Origin: Synechococcales cyanobacterium OTE_70_concoct_197_sub
GTDB taxonomy: Bacteria; Cyanobacteriota; Cyanobacteriia; Leptolyngbyales; Leptolyngbyaceae
Assembly: GCA_031375925.1 (NCBI GenBank)
Contig: JANMIS010000669.1
Coordinates: 1-48,663 of the forward strand
Reading direction: 5' to 3'
Length of the DNA stretch: 48,663 nucleotides
The notes under the pieces are model-generated. The model did not search any database. It had not been told where the DNA came from and saw nothing but the letters and a program-made list of their open reading frames with translations. Made by a program: the position numbers and the translations under genes. Positions 18,083 through 25,919 of this stretch are shown piece after piece. Numbering within the stretch: position 1 is the stretch's first letter; each line of letters begins with the position of its first letter.

Positions 18083-18238
18083 ATGCAGCAAAAACTAAGT
18101 GATTCTCTTGACCCAAAACCTCTGACGCTAAAGCTAAGAAAAGGTCGGCGCGATCGGCTTCGGACGATCGCAGGCTGGCAATATAAATTACGAGCAAAAA
18201 TTGACGAAATTATCGAGGAAGAAGAAAGTCGTGGATAA
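18083..18238 (+). CDS. Small ribbon-helix-helix-like protein (51 aa), paralogue of 40549..40728
   Basis: PLTLKLRKGRRDRLRTIAGWQYKLRAKIDEII aligns with PVQLKVLPGVRERLITIDDWQNKIRGFIDELL. ATG 18083 follows AAAGGG. Confidence 0.55.
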   Translation: MQQKLSDSLDPKPLTLKLRKGRRDRLRTIAGWQYKLRAKIDEIIEEEESRG

Positions 18239-18467
18239 TTTATTCATTTACAGGTTTTTCAGAGAATTAATCGCACCTGTGCAAGTCGCAACGGTCGCGG
18301 ACCTTCTGGGATGTGCGATCGTTGTTCCATCAACTGCACTTATTTTGGGGTGGTTTTTGAAATATATCGCCGTGGTGATGCCTTACTGCGGCGCTGCGGT
18401 CGGAGTGATTTATTTTGTGGTGGCGATCGTGAAGATGATCCGGAGGCTCTTCAATGTGGGATGTTAG
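18201..18467 (+). CDS. Small membrane protein
   Basis: Two hydrophobic helices (...LLGCAIVVPSTALILGWFL..., ...AAVGVIYFVVAIV...). The start is uncertain: TTG 18201 or GTG 18231. Confidence 0.5.
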   Translation: MTKLSRKKKVVDNLFIYRFFRELIAPVQVATVADLLGCAIVVPSTALILGWFLKYIAVVMPYCGAAVGVIYFVVAIVKMIRRLFNVGC

Positions 18468-19134
18468 CGACATGTCCGATCGGTATGCTCACGATTGGGC
18501 AACACGATCGCGGGATACAAAACGATCGCGGCAGCAAGGGGATACCGTTCAATGTTCATGCTGTGGTGGCTATTATCCTTGGGATGACATTGAGGTTCAT
18601 CACGCCAATTACCAGGGCGAGAACGATCGGGCTGGGGTGAATATCTTCCCGATCTGTGGATCAAAGCAAGACCCAGGAACCTGCCATCACTGGGTTCACT
18701 CTCAGGGAAACTGGATTAAGGATAAGTGGGATCCGGTCTGGGGAAATCACAATACCCGATCGGTCGTTAAGCGCCTACAACGGGGCTACGCGACAGGAAA
18801 CCCTGAGGGGAATGGTTTGATGATGCCCGATCGCATCCCATGGCTCGGCATTGGCGCAGTAGCCGCGATCGGCCTCTTTGCCCTGGCCTCGCTAAGCAAA
18901 CCAAAACCCACCATCCCCGCCGACGCCCTAGCCGCAATCAACGGCGATCGAATTTGCACAACGACACAACTCGCCAACATCCGCAACCCAAACCCGATCG
19001 GGATCCCCACGAAGGTTCCGGGGCAAACGATCGGCGTAGGCAGCAAAGTCACGGTGGAAGGGAACGGGGAATGGCTGGAGGTTCGATCGGGGCAGTGGTC
19101 AGGCAAGCGGATTCACTCCAGCATGTGCAGGTGA
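18454..19134 (+). CDS. HNH endonuclease-like domain, TM helix and SH3b-like domain in one protein
   Basis: CSCCGGYYPWDDIEVHHANY...NIFPICG...CHHWVH (HNH-like), TM segment WLGIGAVAAIGLFALASL, and C-terminal ANIRNPNP...GSKVTVEGNGEWLEVRSGQWSGKRIH (SH3b-like). Confidence 0.55.
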   Translation: MWDVSDMSDRYAHDWATRSRDTKRSRQQGDTVQCSCCGGYYPWDDIEVHHANYQGENDRAGVNIFPICGSKQDPGTCHHWVHSQGNWIKDKWDPVWGNHNTRSVVKRLQRGYATGNPEGNGLMMPDRIPWLGIGAVAAIGLFALASLSKPKPTIPADALAAINGDRICTTTQLANIRNPNPIGIPTKVPGQTIGVGSKVTVEGNGEWLEVRSGQWSGKRIHSSMCR

Positions 19135-19140
19135 CGGTAC

Positions 19141-19186
19141 AAAAAACAGTGGGACGATCGGTAATTCGATCGTCCCACTGTTTTTT
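19141..19186. terminator. Strong bidirectional terminator
   Basis: Perfect 20-bp arms, AAAAAACAGTGGGACGATCG-gtaatt-CGATCGTCCCACTGTTTTTT, between convergent genes. Confidence 0.8.
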
Positions 19187-19210
19187 GTTGTAAAGCTGTT
19201 ATAAAATTTT

Positions 19211-19744
19211 CTAATGTCGAAGCATCCCGATCGTCAGCGTGAAGCTGCCACCACCACGCCCAAAGGCTTCCACTGAACTCCCCCAGCCGTTACGGGCAGA
19301 GACGATCGCGGCCATCAACAGGTCTGCCCCATCATCGTCAACAATAATCTGTGCTGGGTTGTGGTCGGTGAGTTCCACAAACTTCCCATCCCCAACATCA
19401 AGCCGCTCAACTTGATCGAAAAGCTCGATCGTCCCATGTGCTGAAGGAGAACCGCCCACGCCGAAGACGATCGGCTCGACCTTGAGGACTGCCTCAATCT
19501 CCCACTGACGACAACAGTAGATATGGGCAAGGGCTACGATCGTTTCCCGATTTCGTTGATGTCTGCCTGGATCATCAATGTCTACGATCGCCACTGACCA
19601 TGGCTCAGCCCTGTTTGCATCAGGCATTTCCCAAATCCTGGGTTCTGCTTTGCGTGGCTTCCAGCCCTGGAGAGTTAGCCACGATCGGAACTGTGCAGGG
19701 AAAATATCTGCGATCGGTTCTAGAAAGTGCATCAAATCCTCCAT
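19211..19744 (-). CDS. Hypothetical protein (177 aa)
   Basis: Start moved to ATG 19744 (MEDLMHF...), which overlaps the upstream stop as TAATG. Confidence 0.6.
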   Translation of the reverse strand: MEDLMHFLEPIADIFPAQFRSWLTLQGWKPRKAEPRIWEMPDANRAEPWSVAIVDIDDPGRHQRNRETIVALAHIYCCRQWEIEAVLKVEPIVFGVGGSPSAHGTIELFDQVERLDVGDGKFVELTDHNPAQIIVDDDGADLLMAAIVSARNGWGSSVEAFGRGGGSFTLTIGMLRH

Positions 19745-20535
19745 TAATACGGCAAATCGCTCCAAATTGGGGCAGACTCCCCGCCCCAACTCTTCGGCGT
19801 AAACACAGACTTGACAGACTTCACAGCCTTACGGACAAACGCAGGGATCTTAATTTGCGATCGAAAATACTGATCTATTTCCAAAAATGAAATCTCACGC
19901 TTGAACACGAACTGCTCCAAGAAGGGCTTCATCGTAGTGAAGAGGTCATCTTCGGAATAGAACAGGGGCATCCCAAAAGCCCGACGAAACATGCCAGAAA
20001 ACCAAGCAAACTCATGGGTAGGTAAAAGCTCGGTCCAGTCAGGCGGTTGATCGTCCTCTCCATGAAGGTCAATCAACCGCAACACAGCGGCTTTAGCGAG
20101 GCTCAACAACCCACGCCAGTTGAAGTCATTAAGCTTTGTGATTGGCTGAGAGACGCCAAGCCGGGGCCGTTGCCGATCGATCTTCCATAATCCCATCTCT
20201 TCAATCTCATCCCGCAACGTCGATGCGAGGCGCTTGCTGTAAGCCTTCCCCTCAGCTAGCCAGTGCATCGATAGGGGGACTTCATGAACTCGCGACAAAT
20301 CTTCAGGCTTGAATTCATTACTGATCTCGATCGGAGTCTCTGCGAATCCCCGTGTGGCGTTACGGGCTGCGAAGAAGACGGTCGTTGCGACCATATCTAG
20401 GATGGCGAGGAGTCGCTTGCTGTTCTGTTGGGAGACGTAGCAGGCAAAGTCATCGTAGTGCATGTATCCCGCAAAGTCGTCTGAAGTGTTGTATAATGTG
20501 TTCATAGGTGAGTTACTTGCGATGTGGTAATCCAA
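19744..20535 (-). CDS. Hypothetical protein (263 aa)
   Basis: Clean long ORF. No motif recognised. Confidence 0.65.
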   Translation of the reverse strand: MDYHIASNSPMNTLYNTSDDFAGYMHYDDFACYVSQQNSKRLLAILDMVATTVFFAARNATRGFAETPIEISNEFKPEDLSRVHEVPLSMHWLAEGKAYSKRLASTLRDEIEEMGLWKIDRQRPRLGVSQPITKLNDFNWRGLLSLAKAAVLRLIDLHGEDDQPPDWTELLPTHEFAWFSGMFRRAFGMPLFYSEDDLFTTMKPFLEQFVFKREISFLEIDQYFRSQIKIPAFVRKAVKSVKSVFTPKSWGGESAPIWSDLPY

Positions 20536-20560
20536 TTATACATCACCTGCCCAGCAATTG

Positions 20561-20598
20561 AAGAAGCCCCGAAGGATTTTCGTCCTTCGGGGCTTCTT
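20561..20598. terminator. 16-bp-stem hairpin between two co-directional minus-strand genes
   Basis: AAGAAGCCCCGAAGGA-ttttcg-TCCTTCGGGGCTTCTT. The T-run (TTTTT) is on the plus strand only. Confidence 0.5.
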
Positions 20599-20611
20599 TT
20601 TGGGCGATCGG

Positions 20612-20818
20612 CTAAAGTTTTCGATCGCGGTACCTCTTGCACCTTTCGGCATTGGTTAAGGGTCGATCGCCTATCAGTGGCGCTCCTTGGACATTCTCGC
20701 TGTCGGTCCGTGTATAGCCGCAACTACAGCGCCATCGCTGGGAGCCTGCCTTCGTCTTGCCGTTACGGGCTAGGGTGCGATCGGGGTGGCTTGGGCAGAT
20801 TTGGTTAGACATTATCAT
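20612..20818 (-). CDS. Small zinc-ribbon protein with a basic YR-rich tail (68 aa)
   Basis: CPSHP...RWRCSCGY is a CxxH/CxC ribbon like transposase-type zinc ribbons. The tail is DRPLTNAERCKRYRDRK. Confidence 0.55.
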   Translation of the reverse strand: MIMSNQICPSHPDRTLARNGKTKAGSQRWRCSCGYTRTDSENVQGAPLIGDRPLTNAERCKRYRDRKL

Positions 20819-20821
20819 TTT

Positions 20822-21100
20822 TCAACTTGTATATTCGTTCAACAATTCACGAAAGAGAGCGAAGCCTTCCTCCTCTGTCCGCATGTCGAGACCGAGAGTG
20901 AACAGCGCCCGTCGTTCCTTCGAGTACGATCGGTCGCAATGCCCCATACCCATTGCGACCCAAAGAGAATTGTCTGTCTGTTCAGATGCGACCTCAGCCA
21001 TCCATTCACAGTCATCAGGGATCATCTCTAGATACTCACCGTACTCTTTCATCATTGCTCTAGAAAGTCTGGTATCAATAAAATGGTTCAAAGGCCGCAT
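20822..21100 (-). CDS. Hypothetical acidic protein (92 aa)
   Basis: First gene of the leftward operon, starting 15 nt from the AGGTATACCT palindrome. Confidence 0.55.
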   Translation of the reverse strand: MRPLNHFIDTRLSRAMMKEYGEYLEMIPDDCEWMAEVASEQTDNSLWVAMGMGHCDRSYSKERRALFTLGLDMRTEEEGFALFRELLNEYTS

Positions 21101-21114
21101 TTGCTTTCTCGCTT

Positions 21115-21124
21115 AGGTATACCT
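21115..21124. promoter_or_regulatory. GTATAC-core palindrome AGGTATACCT
   Basis: Perfect 10-bp palindrome just upstream of start 21100. It has the same GGTATACC core as 40514-40521. Confidence 0.45.
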
Positions 21125-21226
21125 CATCTTACACTCTTTAAGTGTCGCCGTCAAGCGATCGGAACCATCAATTATCCTCTCGCAAAAGACGGTCAAGCCC
21201 CATAGACCACTCCAACCGACCTCGAT

Positions 21227-21469
21227 CCCTAAAACCCGCTCATAGCAAGGGTTTTAGGGGTTTTTGGAAAATGTTCACAGACACTCTCTATTAATTACTA
21301 TTTTTATATGCTTTTCTTCCAGAGGGAGAAAACAGTACCCAGGGGGTGGATCCAGTACTCCCCTTTTTGTCCTTTAAAAATAAATATAAAAAACATAGTA
21401 ACTAGCATAGAGTGTCTGTGAACATTTTCCGATCGTACCCCCTAAAAACGGCTGAAACCCTTGCTATGA
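21227..21469. repeat. Roughly 240-bp imperfect palindrome (candidate origin, regulatory hub or MITE-like insert)
   Basis: Perfect 22-bp arms, GGAAAATGTTCACAGACACTCT (21266-21287) and its reverse complement (21409-21430). Perfect 15-bp outer arms, TCATAGCAAGGGTTT (21240-21254 and 21455-21469). AT-rich inner arms; GGATCC at the centre (21348-21353). Confidence 0.8.
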
Positions 21470-21560
21470 CTGGATTAGACGGGTTTTGAGAGGGCGTAAT
21501 CGGCTTGACGGGGTACACGATACCGACTATAATCGTGTATATAAGAACTTTGAGGGCTGT

Positions 21561-23837
21561 ATGTGTAAGATTTCTAGCTGTTTTGATGCCGTGATGGAGA
21601 GGAGAGGAGAGCCGATCGATAGCGCTGAGGTTTTGGCGTTGTTGCAGCAGTTGAGGGATGCTGTTGATGCGCAGATTCAGGTTTACAAGAAGAATGTTCG
21701 CGAAGAGGCTGCGGCGTTAAAGGCTGAAAAGATGGCTTCCGCCGATCGTCGCCTTGAGAATGCGATCTCTATTCTTGCGGCGCGTTGTGATGGCGCAAGG
21801 GAACTCGACGGGAAAGGCTTTAACGGACCCGATGCTTTTCGCGGGCACAAGCTATGTAAGATGATCGGAAACTGGGTGAGGGAGGATGCGGAACAGGCTT
21901 TCCAATTGCTCAAGAAATATCGGCATACCCAGTTGCCGGGAATTGACCTGCCGGACTCGTTTGACCAGGTTGCGGATGATTACCCTGAGACTCTATCGAC
22001 CGATCCCATGGGTTCATCGGACTCGCCTAGCCAGTATTTGACTATTCAGAGTGATGGCACGATCGGTGTTTTTTGCGGATACGATCGCACCGACCCATGG
22101 GCTGCTCCTGAGATTTTGCCAACAATTAAGGCATGGAAGGGGGCAAAGTACACCGGGACTTCTTGGTCGGTGCCTGCGATTCACGTTGACTCTGTGATTG
22201 AGAAATTTGAGGGTCATTTCTTCATTCCTGCTAGTCTGTACGATTTGCGAGATGACATGGCTCCTGAGATTGAGCGCAGACGGCTAGAAGTCCAAGTAGC
22301 GGCAGAAACTGAAGTGGTCCGGTTGCAGTCGTTGAAAGAGGCTGAGGAGGATCGATTGAGGAACGCGGCGCAACTGGCAGAGAATGAACGATCGTTGACG
22401 GCTGAACTTGAAGCCCGTCGCGCCGAACTAGAAAGAGCAAAGCAAGCGACGGCGATGGAGGCTGTTAAGTCTGAACTTGAGACCTACGATTTCAGCGCTT
22501 TGGTTGATGGGCATCCTCTTTTTGAACATCAGATCGCAGGCGTTGAATGGTTGCTCTCTCAACTCCATAAGGGTTATCGCGGCGGAGTGTTGGCCGATGA
22601 CATGGGATTGGGAAAGACTCGGACGTCAATGATCGCTGCGACGATTCTGAAGCGGTTCTATGGCCTTCATGTTTGGGTGATTGCTCCGGTGACTCTGCAT
22701 GACGGATGGCGATCGGAAGCATCCCATCATGGGACGGAGATTGAGGTTTTTTCATGGGCATCTATCCCAGAGCCGCTGGACTTTTCCAAATATATTGTGA
22801 TTGCCGACGAAGCACATTACGCTCAATCTGGTGAAAAAAGTAGCCGGGGTGAGGCATTCTTGGACCTGACCCTAAACGAGAATTGTAAAGCTGCCTTTGT
22901 GCTCACCGGAACCCCTCTCAAAAACGGACAGCCTGCAAACGTCTACCCTCTGTTACAGGCCGTGGACTCCGGATTAACCCGTGGGCCGATGGCTAAATTA
23001 AAGTTTCAGAAACGCTATTGTGCTGCTCGGACCAAAAAGAAAGGGAAAGCGATCGTGTGGGATACAACCGGATCCGCACATCTCCGAGAGTTGGCACAAC
23101 ACATGAACCCTGTAATGCTTCGACGAACGAAAGCAGAATGCTTGGACCTGCCCAGCAAGATCCGGATTTCTGAAACTGTGGAACTGAAGCCTAAAAAGCT
23201 CAGAGAGTACAATGCCGATATTCAGGCAGAAATTGACAGCTATCAGGCGCGGGTGGAAGCGGGGGAAGTAGACCCAGCGGCGGAAGCACTGGTGACGTTG
23301 GGTATTCTCCGGAAGATCGGGAGTAGGTACAAAATCCCGGCAACGATCGAACGCGCGAAGGAATTGCTAGAGCAAGGGCAGAAGGTCGTCATCGGTGTTG
23401 AATTCGCGGACTCTGCCCGTGAGATTCAGCGGGAACTGGGTGGGTTGATGCTGACGGGTGAAACTCCGATCGATCTACGTCAATCTATGATCGACTTATT
23501 CCAATCAGATAGCCCCGATAGTCCGAAGGTGTTTGTCTTTACAATTAAGGCGGGTGGTGTTGGGATTACCCTGACGGCGGCGAGTAATGTGATTATTCAT
23601 GATCGCCCTTGGACTCCCGGCGATGCAGCGCAAGCGGAAGATCGATGTCATCGGATTGGGCAGAAGTCTACCGTTACCGCTATCTGGCCTCAACTAGGTG
23701 AAATCGACGAGATGATTGATGCTCTAATCGACGAGAAGCAACAGCGGATTGATGCTGTTTTGAGTGGCGCAAATCGGACAAAGAAACGCCTCAAATCAAT
23801 TCAGGAAATCGCTCAACATATCCTGAAGAAAGCATGA
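21561..23837 (+). CDS. SNF2-family helicase/ATPase
   Basis: LADDMGLGKT (I), IADEAHYAQ (II), LTGTPLKN (III), DRPWTPGDAAQAEDRCHRIGQ (VI). The start is uncertain (ATG 21561 or 21594); the track TTG start at 21486 lies just 3' of the palindrome. Confidence 0.9.
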   Translation: MCKISSCFDAVMERRGEPIDSAEVLALLQQLRDAVDAQIQVYKKNVREEAAALKAEKMASADRRLENAISILAARCDGARELDGKGFNGPDAFRGHKLCKMIGNWVREDAEQAFQLLKKYRHTQLPGIDLPDSFDQVADDYPETLSTDPMGSSDSPSQYLTIQSDGTIGVFCGYDRTDPWAAPEILPTIKAWKGAKYTGTSWSVPAIHVDSVIEKFEGHFFIPASLYDLRDDMAPEIERRRLEVQVAAETEVVRLQSLKEAEEDRLRNAAQLAENERSLTAELEARRAELERAKQATAMEAVKSELETYDFSALVDGHPLFEHQIAGVEWLLSQLHKGYRGGVLADDMGLGKTRTSMIAATILKRFYGLHVWVIAPVTLHDGWRSEASHHGTEIEVFSWASIPEPLDFSKYIVIADEAHYAQSGEKSSRGEAFLDLTLNENCKAAFVLTGTPLKNGQPANVYPLLQAVDSGLTRGPMAKLKFQKRYCAARTKKKGKAIVWDTTGSAHLRELAQHMNPVMLRRTKAECLDLPSKIRISETVELKPKKLREYNADIQAEIDSYQARVEAGEVDPAAEALVTLGILRKIGSRYKIPATIERAKELLEQGQKVVIGVEFADSAREIQRELGGLMLTGETPIDLRQSMIDLFQSDSPDSPKVFVFTIKAGGVGITLTAASNVIIHDRPWTPGDAAQAEDRCHRIGQKSTVTAIWPQLGEIDEMIDALIDEKQQRIDAVLSGANRTKKRLKSIQEIAQHILKKA

Positions 23838-24151
23838 TTAAGGAAACGATAGAAACCCTGAAGACCGCGATCAATCGTCTTCAGTGTGAGGTAGAAAGCC
23901 TCTCTGGTACAGCCTCGCCTGTCGGTGTTTGGGTTGTCCGCAGGAAGAATCGATTGCCCCAACGATGCTCAATTAAATCCAAGCCGAAAGGGAAGAGGCC
24001 GATCGTCAAGGCCATTTCTATAACTGAAGAGGCAGCGGAAAAACTGGAATTGCAAATCCAAGCAGCCAATAGAATACGCCTCCTAAATACGTGTATTGGA
24101 ACCCTCTCTGAAACCGTTTTGAGGCTTCAGAGAGAAGTCGATCGAGAGTGA
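23834..24151 (+). CDS. Hypothetical coiled-coil protein (105 aa)
   Basis: ATGA-coupled to the SNF2 gene. Confidence 0.55.
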   Translation: MIKETIETLKTAINRLQCEVESLSGTASPVGVWVVRRKNRLPQRCSIKSKPKGKRPIVKAISITEEAAEKLELQIQAANRIRLLNTCIGTLSETVLRLQREVDRE

Positions 24152-24384
24152 CCGATCGCAACCATTTGATGGATCACTGAGAAGCTTTCCTTCGACCCTC
24201 CGAAAAGCCAGCCCTAAATGCCGCCTTCCAAATTAGCCGATCGGACTCGCTAGGTTCCACGCCCGATCGGTTTGTTTTCTGCCAGTTCCCTGACCCTGAG
24301 AATAAGGGCGATCGGCTAATCCAATACGAATTGGGCGACATGAACGATCTGATGTTGGCCTATTCGATCTCGATTCAACAATAA

Positions 24385-24719
24385 AAGACCGAATTAAGCA
24401 GATGTGTGAAGTTTGCGGTATTCAGTTTGTAGAGACCGAAGAATCCTATACGTCTAAGGCTTCCTTTTTGGATGCCGATACACTTCCCGTTTACGGTGAA
24501 AAACCCGAGGGATGGAAGAGTAGCGGTAAGCGCATTAAGCGTGGATTATTCAGATCTAGCAACTTTGACCGGATAAATGCAGACTGTAATGGCGCTGCAA
24601 ACATCCTTAGAAAAGTAGCCACAACTTTAGGGCTTGACCTTGAAGGAGTGAGTAGAGGCGCTTTAAGAACGCCTACGGTATTCCGAATCTGGTCTAACCA
24701 AAAATCTCAGTCACTTTAG
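24385..24719 (+). pseudogene. tnpB: Truncated TnpB: only the C-terminal RuvC-III region remains
   Basis: IKDRIKQMCEVCGIQFVETEESYTSKASFLDADTLPVYGEKPEGWKSSGKRIKRGLF...INADCNGAANILRKV aligns with the last ~115 aa of the intact copy at 39156..40481. The RuvC-I and RuvC-II regions are missing. Confidence 0.8.
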
Positions 24720-24748
24720 TGCTGAGAATCTTAATCCTGACAAGCCAA
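24560..24748 (+). ncRNA. Omega-RNA (reRNA)-like remnant: right-end hairpin plus flanking guide-position sequence
   Basis: Terminal hairpin TCTCAGt-CAC-ttta-GTG-CTGAGA (24705-24727) straddles the stop codon exactly as in the intact copy. The 5' limit is a guess. Confidence 0.3.
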
Positions 24749-24900
24749 CGAAGGCACAAATCCAGCGGGATTACAGGGCGAGGATGACCCCGGAACGACG
24801 GGATGCGGAGACCCAGCAGCAACGCGATCGACGTGCGAAACGTAAACCAAAGGAGGACCGATCGTGAATTTCGGTTGCAGTGGGGTTTTTGTCTTCCCTC

Positions 24901-25503
24901 CTAACCCTCGCCCCCCGGTTCCGGCGGTAGTCCGATCGTGTAACCTTCGCGAATCATTACATCGATCGCGGCGTTGATATCGTTGCTACGTTGTTGTGCG
25001 GGGAACCCAAGAATGGCGCATCGGCGTTGACGGATTGATTCAAGGCGCTGGAGGAATGCGGGGTTGCCATCGCGTTCTGCGATCGTGCCATCCTCATATT
25101 CATCGCATGTCCTCTCGTCGATCGGCCCTTTCGCGCTCTCTCCAGTTTTCCGCCGGATGATTGGCCTCTTCGATCTTTCCCAAGCATCCCAAGCCGCTGC
25201 CTCTTCTCGGTCGATTCGCGCCAATTCAATCAGTGCGGTCTTTTCATAATTCTCGACCGAAGTATTGAGCCATTCCAGTCGGACAGCCTTTAGATCTCTA
25301 GCGATCGTCTGGACTGAAAGTTTGTAGTCTCGGATTCCCCCAAGTGCTGCGATGATCTCATTTTGGGTTTTTCCTTCCATGTTGAGACGAGTGATTTCAG
25401 CACGATCCCGAAGGACTTCATCAGGGGTCCGTTTTGGGCCAGTCACAGAATCCCGATCTGCCCCACGATCTCTTTTTGTCTTTTTGCTAATTCCCTTAGG
25501 CAT
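24901..25503 (-). CDS. HTH DNA-binding protein, small-terminase-like
   Basis: HTH GKTQNEIIAALG...LSVQTIARDLK; later ...RLESIRQRRCAILGFPAQQR resembles the ...LLGLdAP... segment of small terminases. This is from memory. The gene is far from terL and on the opposite strand. Confidence 0.35.
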   Translation of the reverse strand: MPKGISKKTKRDRGADRDSVTGPKRTPDEVLRDRAEITRLNMEGKTQNEIIAALGGIRDYKLSVQTIARDLKAVRLEWLNTSVENYEKTALIELARIDREEAAAWDAWERSKRPIIRRKTGESAKGPIDERTCDEYEDGTIAERDGNPAFLQRLESIRQRRCAILGFPAQQRSNDINAAIDVMIREGYTIGLPPEPGGEG

Positions 25504-25525
25504 CTATCAACTCTTGGATAACAAT

Positions 25526-25885
25526 TCAGAGGCACTTGGTCACGATCGCCACATCAGCACGATCGGCAAACAACGCACGGCATTCTAATAGTCTAGATTC
25601 GGGGGTGACGGCGATCCATTCCGCACCATGGTCTGTTTCGATATTGAATCGATCGGGCACTGTCAAATAATGGAAGATTTCGATCGGTTCCACTTCTGCC
25701 GACTTCTCCATCAATGACTGAAGCTCTTGGAATCGCTCATGCTTGGCATTAAATCGAGCAATCACTTCAACTTTCCCTAGCTCCAGGTCGCTAATATCTC
25801 TTTGGTTTAGCAGTACTTTTTCCGCTAGTTGGCCTTGAGATAGTCCGTGCCTGCATCTGTATATTCGTATAGCCGTCCCGAGCAT
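25526..25885 (-). CDS. XRE-family HTH transcriptional regulator
   Basis: IRIYRCRHGLSQGQLAEKVLLNQRDISDLELGK is a classic Cro/CI-type HTH. The gene is divergent from the head operon. Confidence 0.75.
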   Translation of the reverse strand: MLGTAIRIYRCRHGLSQGQLAEKVLLNQRDISDLELGKVEVIARFNAKHERFQELQSLMEKSAEVEPIEIFHYLTVPDRFNIETDHGAEWIAVTPESRLLECRALFADRADVAIVTKCL

Positions 25886-25903
25886 CTTTTCACCTAACGC
25901 CTA

Positions 25904-25919
25904 CGTAGAATATTCTACG
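25904..25919. promoter_or_regulatory. 16-bp perfect palindrome CGTAGAATATTCTACG (candidate XRE operator)
   Basis: Lies 19 nt upstream of the XRE start (25885), in the 101-bp divergent region before the head operon (25987). Confidence 0.5.

Noticed and set aside
21486-21560. TTG-initiated N-terminal extension of the SNF2 ORF
   Set aside because: It starts just 3' of the large palindrome and uses a TTG start. In-frame ATG codons at 21561 and 21594 are more plausible starts.
24152-24384. Separate intact gene between the coiled-coil gene and the TnpB fragment
   Set aside because: The only long open frame has no start codon until its last 16 codons. It shows at most weak similarity to TnpB N-terminal regions, so I regard it as decayed IS sequence.
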